A stretch of 64,000 bases of DNA from contig CP129477.1 of the NCBI GenBank assembly GCA_030583825.1, positions 622,491 through 686,490 on the forward strand. The letters run 5' to 3'. The notes under the pieces are model-generated. The model saw nothing but the letters and a program-made list of their open reading frames with translations, searched no databases and had not been told where the DNA came from. The translations under genes and the position numbers were made by a program. This document shows positions 55,503-64,000 of this stretch, in pieces. Source of the stretch: Candidatus Dojkabacteria bacterium (GTDB lineage: Bacteria > Patescibacteriota > Dojkabacteria > GCA-002793355). Each line of letters begins with the position of its first letter. Position 1 is the first letter of the stretch.

Positions 55503-58500
55503 ATGAATCAGGGAAATGCCCCGCTGATCGCTGATCGAGCAAAATCAGTCTTCAGCTTTCTCATGAAACTATTGCTCATCGTTGTGATTATCTTTTTAAT
55601 TCTATGGTTTACAGGCCAGGGATCTGGACGTGAACAGCAGACTACGGGAGATAATGGCTCAGGCGATGGACAATCATTTACCTCAGGAGAAGTTAACAAC
55701 AATAACAACCAAGGATTAATTCCGGGTTTGAACGTTATTCGTGAAATTATCGCTCCTGATTTGCAATTCGCAAACCAAAACCAACTTTTCTGTTCAACAA
55801 ACAATATTACCAATACAACAATTGGTGGGCCAAATAACTACTTTAACGATGCGTATATTACAAATGTAAATGCAGATTCGCTCAATATTGATCCATACAC
55901 AATTAACAGTAATGGAATCACCAATACCAACGGTGGAGATATTAGACTTAATAACAATACAGTTATTTCAGGTGGATTATCAGTAACAAGTGGAAATATA
56001 AGTATCACGGGCAATCTTGTGAATTTTCCTGTTAACCCAGCCCATTTTGCAATTAGCACAGGTGTTCTTAACCTTGCAGATCCATACGCAACAGGTGCTG
56101 CATACGATTATCGTTTCTTCCCGCTAAATGGAACTTTAGACGATATTTCAAACGTTAATGCCCCTTCGCCAACAAGCGGTCAGGCATTGGTATGGAATGG
56201 AAGCGCATGGGTAGCACAAAATGTTGCTGCAGCAATCACAGGCTCAAACGGTATTACAGTATCGGGTGGAACAGACGTTCGACTTGGTGGAGCATTAAAT
56301 ACACCAACAACTGTTACTCAAGCTGGAAATACAATGACATTCAGCGGTGGAGCATTTGTCGTATCATCAGGCTCAAATGCAATCACCTTTAACACAGGTG
56401 TTGGACATCAGGTTAACCTTAATGGTTACTTCTCAGTTCGGAATAATTCTGGTGCAGATTCTATTGTTATTAATGGTGTTGAGTATTTCTTTCCTAATGC
56501 TGACGGAGCTTCCGGAGACTCTCTTATTACAGACGGCTCAGGAAACTTAGCATGGGGCCCTGCAAGTGCAGACGCAACAAACGGTTTACATGTTGATACC
56601 GGAGAAGTCAGACTCGGAGGATCACTTATCGAAAACACATATATTGATCAAGATGGATACGGCTTAGAGCTTTCAAATGGTTACTTCAGAGTTGATGCAG
56701 CATACGACAACCAGAATATTGACCTCTTTGGCTATGAAACTCTTGCAAGAGGAGAAAACTACCTTCGCTTGTACAGTAATAACGTACTTGAAATGACATC
56801 TGTAGGCTCAATGTATGTTGATGCTTTCAACCTTGAAATGACCACGGATGATTATTTAAATATTCGTTCTGATAACGCTTCGATAAATATCGAGGCGCCA
56901 AACGGAAACGTAGATGTGTATTCATGGGATTCAATCAACCTTGAAGCAGGGTATTACATCAACTCATACTCTGAGTACACTGACCTTTATACAGTTTACG
57001 ATTTTAATGTTACTGCCGGGTCTGGAAATCTTTACCTCCGCTCAAACAACTATGACGTAGAAATTAATGCGTTTAATGGTGGCTTTTATGGAAATTCTCA
57101 GTATATGGGGCTGTATGCAGATACAGGCTATATGATTAACTCAAATAACGGTTCCGGTCAGATTCAAGGATTCTGGGGCGTTGAGATGTATTCCGACAAT
57201 GGAGAAGTGAATATTGAAAACTATGTTCAGATCGAAGATTATTACATCACCATTTCGGGTGTTACGTACTACTGGCCATTCAGCGATGGATCATCAGGAC
57301 AACAGCTTACAACTGACGGTGCTGGTGGCTTATCATGGGAAAATGCCGGAGGCGGTGGTGGCGGCGGAGGCGGTGTCGGCGGAGCTGACAACGGTCTTCA
57401 TATGGATGGCGACCTTGTATATCTTGGAGGTTACCTTGTTGAGCACACAGATGTAAACCTCGACTTTGACTATCGTCTGAACTTTGTAAACGGAAATGTT
57501 GGTTTCGGAAACGATCTTCCAGTCGATCCAGATGAGCGTGACAGAATTACTGTCGCAGAAGGTGGTATCAATGTTATTAACCCAACAGAATTCCGACATC
57601 TTGGAGACTGGGGTAATGGCGGTGACTTCCAGGGGATCGAATATAAAGACAAATACGTTTATATTCGTGCACCAAACTATCGAGAAATCTTTATCGTTGA
57701 CGTGAGCAACAAAACAAATCCACAGCATATTGCAACGTGGACATTGCCTGATTGGGAAGATAACTATGAGCCTATGGGTTTGAAAGTTCGCGGAGACTAC
57801 ATGTACGTTTTGGCAATTAACTGGACAGATGAAGACTTACTTTACATTGTTGATATCAGAAGTCCAAGTAATCCAGCACTTATGACAACTCTGACATTAA
57901 ACACTTTCTCGGATGCTGGCCCAGGAATGAAGTTTGGAGAAATGGAAATTTCAGGAGATAGAATTTATGTTCCTTCGTATGTAAGTTCTGGATCACAAAT
58001 TGACGTATGGAACATTGTAAATCCAAGTCAGCCAAGATTTTGTACAACAATCGGTGTAAATAATCGAGTAGATATTGCAGCAATTAAAGTCCTTGGAGAA
58101 AAAGTATATTGGTCAACAAGTGATTGGGGAGATGGTGAAGTTGGTATTGCACAAGTAAGTTCATGTGGTGTTGGTGCATCAAGCTATACAAGCGGCCCAG
58201 GTAACAGAATGTATCGAGGTATTGATGTTACTGGACGATTCCTCTATGCCACTCGTGAAGATGGAAACTTAGATGTGTTCGAAGTTGATGACTTGAATAA
58301 CATTAACTATTACTCATCAGTATTTATTGGAGATTTACCTCGTCAGATTAAAATTGTCGGACGATATGCATACATTTCAACGACTGACGGCGGAACAATG
58401 AAAATTGTCGATATTCGTGATCCTGCAAACCCATCATGGATAGATAATGTCAATATTGATGATAACTGGACAGATTGGGTTATTGATTTTGAAATTGTTG

Positions 58501-60053
58501 GAGACTACATGTACGCAGTGCGAGGATTACAAGCTCTTTGGATTTGGGATCTTCGTGGTGGTAAATTTAACACGATGTCTGCAGGCGATCTTGCAACAGA
58601 CTATCTCCGGGTTGAAAACTACTTTAGCGTGACAAACGATGGACGATTCGGAGGAAACGTTAGCGTTGACCAAGACCTATCAATCACGGGAGAAGCACGA
58701 TTTAATACGCGACTTGTGTCTGGAAACTGTACAACAGCATCACTCGGTATTGTACTCTGTGATACTTTTGGAACACTTCGAAGTCACTTGAACACAATTT
58801 CAGGTGGAAACAGCTTTATGCTCGACAATGTCGTTGTCGGTGACTTTAGCCCGCTTGGAAGCGCACGATTAACAGCAGTTCACACAACAGGATTACCAAT
58901 GGCAGTCGCACGAGCAACAAATGGTACCTTAATGGGATTCTACCTTGGTGTCTCTCAGGAAGGCTCTATTACAGTATCAGGAACAACAGTATCGTATAAC
59001 GCATTCACTGGTTCGCACTACGCATATATTGATACAGACCCTGCAGAAACAATGGAAGTAGGAGAAGTTGTTCGATTAACTGGAAACAATAAGAATTTAC
59101 ACAACAATGCTGCTTCGGAAATCCTTTATGGAGTAGAGTCAAGCAAATATGAAAACGATCCACGAGTGCTTGGAGCATACCTCGCATTGCAGGATCCAAT
59201 TGAAGTTGAATCAGAAAGCAATCCTCATCTCGTAATGGCAACCGGTAACGGTGTCATGTGGGTTGAAGAAGGCGATGGAACAAATCTCCAGCCAGGAGAT
59301 TACTTGATCTCTTCACAGATTTCAGGTCATGCAAAGCTGGATCCACGAAGTCATTCAGTCAGCTACGTTATTGCAAGAGTTGCAGAGCCAGTTGATTGGA
59401 GCTCGGTAACACAAACAGTTACAGAAGGTTTGGAAACAAAGAAAAGAAAGTTAGTTTCAGTCTTTTACGAAAGCTTTGCTCGCGATAACGGAATTATGAT
59501 TGCATTGTCAGCAAGCGGATGGGCAGTAACCGGCGAAGATAAAATCCAAACTGGATATAGCGTTATTGCACCGAAAATTGTAAGCACAGTTGGTGAATTC
59601 AGCTTGCTCTCTGCAAAAGCATTTACAATTAACGAAGGAAACCTCGTTATTGACCAGGATGGAAACCTTACAACCGTTGGATCACTTACCGCACCGAAAG
59701 GCTCTATTCAGGAACTTGCAGTCAACAGTTTGAAAGCACTTGGTGGAGGAATCACAGTCTCACTTGGCAACGGAGAATCATTTGCAATCGTAAATAACTC
59801 TAACGAAGTAGTGCTTGGAGTTTCAAGCTCAGGAGAACTTCGTGCAGACAAAGCTGCCGGTACAGGAACAATTGCAGCAGGTCAAACAGAAGTAACAATT
59901 GCAAACTCAGTTGCAAAGAGTGGCTCACGAATCATCGTAACGCCGCAGGGTAACGCTCGAGTGTATGTAAAACAGAAAGCTAATGGCTCATTTGTGGTTG
60001 CGGTAGATAGTGCAGGCGCAGCAGTGGACTTTGACTATCTAATAGTAAACTAA
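55503..60053 (+). CDS. Giant (1516 aa) membrane-anchored surface protein with an LVIVD-type beta-propeller region, a duplicated tail-fibre-like motif and a poly-Gly tract
   Basis: N-terminal TM LMKLLLIVVIIFLILWFTG. At least seven LVIVD-like repeats, for example KYVYIRAPNYREIFIVDVSNKTNPQHI, GDYMYVLAINWTDEDLLYIVDIRSPSNP and GRYAYISTTDGGTMKIVDIRDPANP. Two copies of Y(F/Y)(F/W)P..DG.SG..L.TDG.G.L.W, and G9VGG. Confidence 0.75.
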   Translation: MNQGNAPLIADRAKSVFSFLMKLLLIVVIIFLILWFTGQGSGREQQTTGDNGSGDGQSFTSGEVNNNNNQGLIPGLNVIREIIAPDLQFANQNQLFCSTNNITNTTIGGPNNYFNDAYITNVNADSLNIDPYTINSNGITNTNGGDIRLNNNTVISGGLSVTSGNISITGNLVNFPVNPAHFAISTGVLNLADPYATGAAYDYRFFPLNGTLDDISNVNAPSPTSGQALVWNGSAWVAQNVAAAITGSNGITVSGGTDVRLGGALNTPTTVTQAGNTMTFSGGAFVVSSGSNAITFNTGVGHQVNLNGYFSVRNNSGADSIVINGVEYFFPNADGASGDSLITDGSGNLAWGPASADATNGLHVDTGEVRLGGSLIENTYIDQDGYGLELSNGYFRVDAAYDNQNIDLFGYETLARGENYLRLYSNNVLEMTSVGSMYVDAFNLEMTTDDYLNIRSDNASINIEAPNGNVDVYSWDSINLEAGYYINSYSEYTDLYTVYDFNVTAGSGNLYLRSNNYDVEINAFNGGFYGNSQYMGLYADTGYMINSNNGSGQIQGFWGVEMYSDNGEVNIENYVQIEDYYITISGVTYYWPFSDGSSGQQLTTDGAGGLSWENAGGGGGGGGGVGGADNGLHMDGDLVYLGGYLVEHTDVNLDFDYRLNFVNGNVGFGNDLPVDPDERDRITVAEGGINVINPTEFRHLGDWGNGGDFQGIEYKDKYVYIRAPNYREIFIVDVSNKTNPQHIATWTLPDWEDNYEPMGLKVRGDYMYVLAINWTDEDLLYIVDIRSPSNPALMTTLTLNTFSDAGPGMKFGEMEISGDRIYVPSYVSSGSQIDVWNIVNPSQPRFCTTIGVNNRVDIAAIKVLGEKVYWSTSDWGDGEVGIAQVSSCGVGASSYTSGPGNRMYRGIDVTGRFLYATREDGNLDVFEVDDLNNINYYSSVFIGDLPRQIKIVGRYAYISTTDGGTMKIVDIRDPANPSWIDNVNIDDNWTDWVIDFEIVGDYMYAVRGLQALWIWDLRGGKFNTMSAGDLATDYLRVENYFSVTNDGRFGGNVSVDQDLSITGEARFNTRLVSGNCTTASLGIVLCDTFGTLRSHLNTISGGNSFMLDNVVVGDFSPLGSARLTAVHTTGLPMAVARATNGTLMGFYLGVSQEGSITVSGTTVSYNAFTGSHYAYIDTDPAETMEVGEVVRLTGNNKNLHNNAASEILYGVESSKYENDPRVLGAYLALQDPIEVESESNPHLVMATGNGVMWVEEGDGTNLQPGDYLISSQISGHAKLDPRSHSVSYVIARVAEPVDWSSVTQTVTEGLETKKRKLVSVFYESFARDNGIMIALSASGWAVTGEDKIQTGYSVIAPKIVSTVGEFSLLSAKAFTINEGNLVIDQDGNLTTVGSLTAPKGSIQELAVNSLKALGGGITVSLGNGESFAIVNNSNEVVLGVSSSGELRADKAAGTGTIAAGQTEVTIANSVAKSGSRIIVTPQGNARVYVKQKANGSFVVAVDSAGAAVDFDYLIVN

Positions 60054-60096
60054 CTGCAGGCGAGTTTCACAAAAATTATTTGTTACAGAAAATCCT

Positions 60097-61041
60097 ATGG
60101 ATCAGAAAATTCCTGATGTAATTCAGCAGACTATTGATGATATTGCAGCAATTAAAGTACAGGGAGCAACAAATGTCGCGTTAGCTACATTTGCAGCAAT
60201 CGAAGAATGGGCAAAAAAGACAGATATTACAGAGTGGGAAGTCTTTAAAGATAGAGCAGCGACATATGCAAATATGCTTGCAAATGCCCGTCCAAACGAA
60301 CCTCTTGCAAAGAATGGTGTCCGATATATGATGACCAACCTTACCGTTAAGTACCCAGGAATCAAAGATGTAAAAGCAGGTGCAGACGCGTTTATTGAGC
60401 TTGCTTCTTCGTATAATAAGCTTCTTCGTGAGTCAAAAATCAAAATTGCTGGTTACGGACTCGAAGTCGGAAAAGACACAAATACCGTATTTACTCACTG
60501 TCACTCAAGCACAGCAGAAGCAATTATTGTTGGTTTAAACCAGCAGAGAAAGAGAGTTGCAATTGCAACAGAAACACGTCCGTTATATCAGGGGAGAATC
60601 ACCGCAAAGAACCTTGTTACTCACGGAGTAAAGACAATTATGATTGTTGATTCAGCAGCATCATACTTCATTAAAGATGACGAAAATCTTCCTGTTGATA
60701 TGGTATTTCTTGGCGCTGACCAGGTAAATGTCTATGGAGATGCAGTAAACAAAGTTGGAAGCTTTAGCATGGGACTTGCATCATATTTTGCAAGCAAGCC
60801 ATTGTATATTGTGACTCCAAGCTTGAAATTGGATCTGACAACAATCTACCAGCCTATTAAAATTGAGCTTCGCAAGGGCAACGAAATTTGGCCAGAAGCA
60901 CCAGAAGGTTTAGAAATTATCAATCCGGCATTCGACATTGTTCCTCACCAGTTTATCACTGGATACATTACGGAGCTAGGAGTTATTAAGCCTGGAGAAT
61001 TAGAGGACAAAGTTCGTAGAGCCTATGAATGGGTTTCGTAG
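60097..61041 (+). CDS. eIF-2B alpha/beta/delta-family isomerase, most consistent with ribose-1,5-bisphosphate isomerase (e2b2); alternatively MtnA-like
   Basis: 314 aa with the eIF-2B-family fold motifs VFTHCHSSTAEAII, ATETRPLYQGRITAK..., GADQVNVYGDAVNKVGSFSMGLASY. Sits 8 kb downstream of an AMP-phosphorylase-like gene. Confidence 0.55.
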   Translation: MDQKIPDVIQQTIDDIAAIKVQGATNVALATFAAIEEWAKKTDITEWEVFKDRAATYANMLANARPNEPLAKNGVRYMMTNLTVKYPGIKDVKAGADAFIELASSYNKLLRESKIKIAGYGLEVGKDTNTVFTHCHSSTAEAIIVGLNQQRKRVAIATETRPLYQGRITAKNLVTHGVKTIMIVDSAASYFIKDDENLPVDMVFLGADQVNVYGDAVNKVGSFSMGLASYFASKPLYIVTPSLKLDLTTIYQPIKIELRKGNEIWPEAPEGLEIINPAFDIVPHQFITGYITELGVIKPGELEDKVRRAYEWVS

Positions 61042-61052
61042 CATTTTTTGAA

Positions 61053-61143
61053 TGAATCCACGATTTTTCGTAGTAAATATTCATTGGGATTATTACAAAT
61101 ACCGCGAATTTACGTTAAGCGATAAATCGCTGCATGAATGAAA
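61053..61143. repeat. ~90-nt intergenic element, copy B (see 13307-13395)
   Basis: TGAATCCACGATTTTTCGTAGTAAATATTCATT ... CGAATTTACGTTAAGCGATAAATCGCTGCATGAATGAAAG; about 90% identical to copy A outside a variable middle. Located between the e2b2-like gene and ychF. Confidence 0.75.
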
Positions 61144-61177
61144 GAAATGTTATGAAATTTTATGATAAAATACGTCT

Positions 61178-62320
61178 ATGAAATCAATCGGAATTGTTGG
61201 ACTTCCAAACGTCGGTAAATCCACGCTTTTTAACGTTATTACGAATCTTTCAGTACCTGCAGAGAACTTTCCTTTCACGACGATAGACAAAAATAGCGGA
61301 ATTATTGACTATAAAGATCCTCGTATGGAAGCATTAGCAAAAAATGTAAATGCTGCTGCAACATACCCTGCAGTCATTCAGTTTACCGATATTGCCGGTC
61401 TTATCAAAGGAGCATCAAAAGGTGAAGGGCTGGGAAATCAGTTTCTTTCTCATATTCGAGAAGTTGACCTTATCATGTATGTTTTGCGTGGTTTTAATGA
61501 CCAGAAAGTGACTCATGTATATAACCGTGTTAATCCTCGCGAAGATATGGCAGATGTCGTAACAGAGCTTATTCTGCGCGATATTGAGAGTATCAATAAA
61601 AAAATTACAACAATCGAGGCACAGAGCAAGAAAGGGAAGTCGGAAGCAACACAAAAAGATATTGCTGCACTGCAAGACCTTATCGCATACTTTGATGAAG
61701 GGAAATCTGCGTATTTATATGTCCACGAAAAGCTCCAGGGCAAAGAAAAAGAACCTCAGCGGCAGCTTATTAATGAGCTATTTTTACTCACAAATAAGCC
61801 TATTCTCTGTGTGCTAAACGTCTCTTACATTGATATGAATACAAAGGCATATGCAGAACAAGTTGAGAAATGGACGAAAGAAGTTCGTGAGTATGCAGAG
61901 TCAGTGTATGGCAATGGAGAAGCAGCGGAAATTGCATGGATAGATTCACGTTTTCTGGCCGATTTACAATCACTCACCAGTGAGGAAGTAGAAGAGTTTA
62001 AAGCAGAATTATCGTATTTTTGTGATGTTCAGACTCTCGTAGAGATGGCAAAACGAAAGTTAAAGCTATTAAACTTCTTTGTTGGTAACGAAAAAGATGC
62101 GCGAAGCTGGTTCATCGAAGAAGGTGGCGATATTTTGAAAGCTGCATCCCTGATTCATACAAGCCTTGCGCAGACATTTGTTCGCGCTCAGGTTATCAAA
62201 GTTGAAGATCTTATTGAGATGGGGACATGGAATAAAGTAAAAGAAGCCGGAAAGCTTAAAACTGTGGGTAAAGACTATGTCGTTGAAGACGGAGATTATG
62301 TTGTCATTTTGGCCTCGTAA
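61178..62320 (+). CDS. ychF: Ribosome-binding ATPase YchF/Ola1 (with an inserted helical domain and a C-terminal TGS domain)
   Basis: G1 GIVGLPNVGKSTLFN, G3 DIAGL, NxxD-like region, and the C-terminal TGS segment KDYVVEDGDYVVILA. Confidence 0.85.
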   Translation: MKSIGIVGLPNVGKSTLFNVITNLSVPAENFPFTTIDKNSGIIDYKDPRMEALAKNVNAAATYPAVIQFTDIAGLIKGASKGEGLGNQFLSHIREVDLIMYVLRGFNDQKVTHVYNRVNPREDMADVVTELILRDIESINKKITTIEAQSKKGKSEATQKDIAALQDLIAYFDEGKSAYLYVHEKLQGKEKEPQRQLINELFLLTNKPILCVLNVSYIDMNTKAYAEQVEKWTKEVREYAESVYGNGEAAEIAWIDSRFLADLQSLTSEEVEEFKAELSYFCDVQTLVEMAKRKLKLLNFFVGNEKDARSWFIEEGGDILKAASLIHTSLAQTFVRAQVIKVEDLIEMGTWNKVKEAGKLKTVGKDYVVEDGDYVVILAS

Positions 62321-63075
62321 TGTTTGTAGAAAAAATCAAAAATAATAAATTTCTTTTCTTCCTTCTTTTTACAGACTTACTATTAATAGTTATTCACATT
62401 ATTTGGGGAAATGCATATCGTTCGTTCAATTTGGATGTTGAGCAAAATATTCCAACCCTCTATCAGGGATTAAAACTTCTTTTTGCTGGCCATGTAAGTT
62501 TGCTGGTTACGTATTTATTAGTTCGTATGAAATCAGAAAACCGTTCATCTCTCGTATATTTTATATATGCAACCCTAGGTCTTATTTACTTAGGTATAGA
62601 TGAAATTGGCCAAATACATGAAACTATTGGCGATAGAATCGCGGAATTCTTTCCGGAGTTAGTTATTAATGTCCGACAGATGGTATATGACGCAGGATAT
62701 CTGTCCAGTGATTGGCTTATTTTTATGGTACCCATTGCCCTTGTTGCAAGCGTATTTGTTCCATACACATTTAAATATATTGTGTCATTTTCCTTGAAAG
62801 AGAAGCTACTTTTGGCCCTGGGAGCTCTATGTATTGTTCTTGTTATTCCTGTAGAGTTTATTGGCTCATACAACTATTACGAATATAGTACAGGAGAATT
62901 GTCATACAATATTTCAATCATTATTGAAGAGTCGCTTGAGCTTATAGGTATTAGCATCCTTTCATATTTGCAGTTAAGCTTGCTAAAGCAACATGCAGAA
63001 GCATTTCTTGCCAATGAAGCAAGAAAATCGCGCGAGAAAGACACTCGTAAAAAGAAAGTGCTACAATCAACATAA
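62320..63075 (+). CDS. Hypothetical polytopic membrane protein
   Basis: 251-aa ORF with about six hydrophobic helices, start overlapping the ychF stop, and a basic C-terminus. Confidence 0.5.
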   Translation: MFVEKIKNNKFLFFLLFTDLLLIVIHIIWGNAYRSFNLDVEQNIPTLYQGLKLLFAGHVSLLVTYLLVRMKSENRSSLVYFIYATLGLIYLGIDEIGQIHETIGDRIAEFFPELVINVRQMVYDAGYLSSDWLIFMVPIALVASVFVPYTFKYIVSFSLKEKLLLALGALCIVLVIPVEFIGSYNYYEYSTGELSYNISIIIEESLELIGISILSYLQLSLLKQHAEAFLANEARKSREKDTRKKKVLQST

Positions 63076-63080
63076 TAATT

Positions 63081-63350
63081 TTGCAATTTTGCCCTATGAA
63101 AGTTACTCCATCGGATCTTATTCTCTCGCTGAAACGGTTATTAATGCTTTCTGCGGTTGTGCAAATTATAATTCTTGTTGTATATGCAGCACGTACAGGT
63201 GAATTCAGTGTATTAAATATCTTTAGAATTTTACAAGTAAACCGAATTTTCCCTCAGATTCTTGAAATCCCAAGCATTGATATTATCGCATTTCTATTTA
63301 CGATTATTGTGTTTTTGGTAATTCTCTTTATCACGGTGCGGAAAAAATAG
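63081..63350 (+). CDS. Small hypothetical membrane protein
   Basis: 89-aa ORF with two hydrophobic helices; weak support. Confidence 0.35.
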   Translation: MQFCPMKVTPSDLILSLKRLLMLSAVVQIIILVVYAARTGEFSVLNIFRILQVNRIFPQILEIPSIDIIAFLFTIIVFLVILFITVRKK

Positions 63351-63463
63351 TTTCTTTGGACAAAGATTCAGAGAGTGTTGTCTTGATGGATTGAATTCCC
63401 TTCACAATATGGTAAAATAGCACCAGCAACCGACAATATATTACATCTGCTATAATTATTGAA

Positions 63464-63871
63464 ATGGCAAAAAAGCAAACAGAAGTACTGTTATTAACAA
63501 CAAAGCCAGAGCCTAGCTCATACGAGATGGTCGTGGTTTTTAAACCTTTCTTACCAGATAAGGTACGAAACGAAGCTGATGATCGCGTAGGTGCAATTGT
63601 TGGTGAATCAGGTGGAAAAGTTTCTTCAAAAGATATTTGGGGAAAGCGATATCTCGCATATCCAATTCAGAGCCATGTTGAAGGTTACTATATTATGTAT
63701 CAGTTCGAAACTCTTGGAGAAGGTGTTGAATATGTCAAAAAGCATATGAATCGCCACCAGGAAGTTCTTCGCTACCTTATTATTAAAAAAGACGGTAAAG
63801 ATACAGGTACACCAAAAATTAAAGTAAAGAAGAGTATTATTACCGAAGATACCGCACCTGCAGAAGAATAA
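63464..63871 (+). CDS. rpsF: 30S ribosomal protein S6
   Basis: YEMVVVFKPFLPD...IWGKRYLAYPIQSHVEGYYIMYQFE matches the S6 core (YE.vfi..P...e......DWG.R.LAYPI.K...G.Y); ssb follows as expected. Confidence 0.85.
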   Translation: MAKKQTEVLLLTTKPEPSSYEMVVVFKPFLPDKVRNEADDRVGAIVGESGGKVSSKDIWGKRYLAYPIQSHVEGYYIMYQFETLGEGVEYVKKHMNRHQEVLRYLIIKKDGKDTGTPKIKVKKSIITEDTAPAEE

Positions 63872-63948
63872 AATGAATAATACCCGATTGACTTTAGCAG
63901 TCATCACCCTTATAGTTTATAGAGATAACATAAAATAACCAAAGAGAT

Positions 63949-64000
63949 ATGCCAGCACTACGATCAGTGAACAAAGTGATTCTTGTGGGAAACCTTACAA
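63949..64000 (+). CDS. ssb: Single-stranded DNA-binding protein, 5' fragment (runs off the window)
   Basis: MPALRSVNKVILVGNLT is the canonical SSB N-terminus (..RGVNKVILVGNLG..); the rpsF-ssb linkage is conserved. Confidence 0.6.
   Translation, partial: MPALRSVNKVILVGNLT

Overview
This window reads as a low-GC (~40%) bacterial chromosome segment; ancestry from a reduced-genome, CPR/Patescibacteria-like lineage is an inference, not a demonstrated fact. Most of it is housekeeping, almost all on the + strand: ybaB-recR, a tRNA-Lys(CTT), mreB, mscL, rplJ-rplL, a dnaX-dnaE-dnaA cluster with a consensus DnaA box, cca, rpsT, cysS, rpsA, a ClpC-like ATPase, radA, rho, ychF, rpsF and the start of ssb. 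Between these sit many membrane-anchored or secreted proteins of unknown function. The most unusual content is: (1) three tandem giant surface-protein paralogs (1160-10757) that share a PT-linker, a conserved Cys-containing domain and a homologous transmembrane tail, two of them carrying carboxypeptidase-regulatory-like domains interleaved between TM helices; (2) a threefold repeat of the tRNA-Lys 3' end plus terminator hairpin (4419-4790), which looks like stacked att-site scars; (3) an array of four divergent small paralogous genes, each with its own consensus promoter and intrinsic terminator (48093-50000); (4) a ~90-nt intergenic element present at two distant loci, with iteron-like sub-repeats at one of them; (5) a putative promoter- and terminator-bounded sRNA upstream of rho; (6) an AMP-phosphorylase-like gene and a ribose-1,5-bisphosphate-isomerase-like gene flanking a 1516-aa LVIVD-repeat surface protein; (7) a DUF4013-like membrane gene interrupted by a homopolymer frameshift. 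No CRISPR array, integrase or reverse transcriptase was found.
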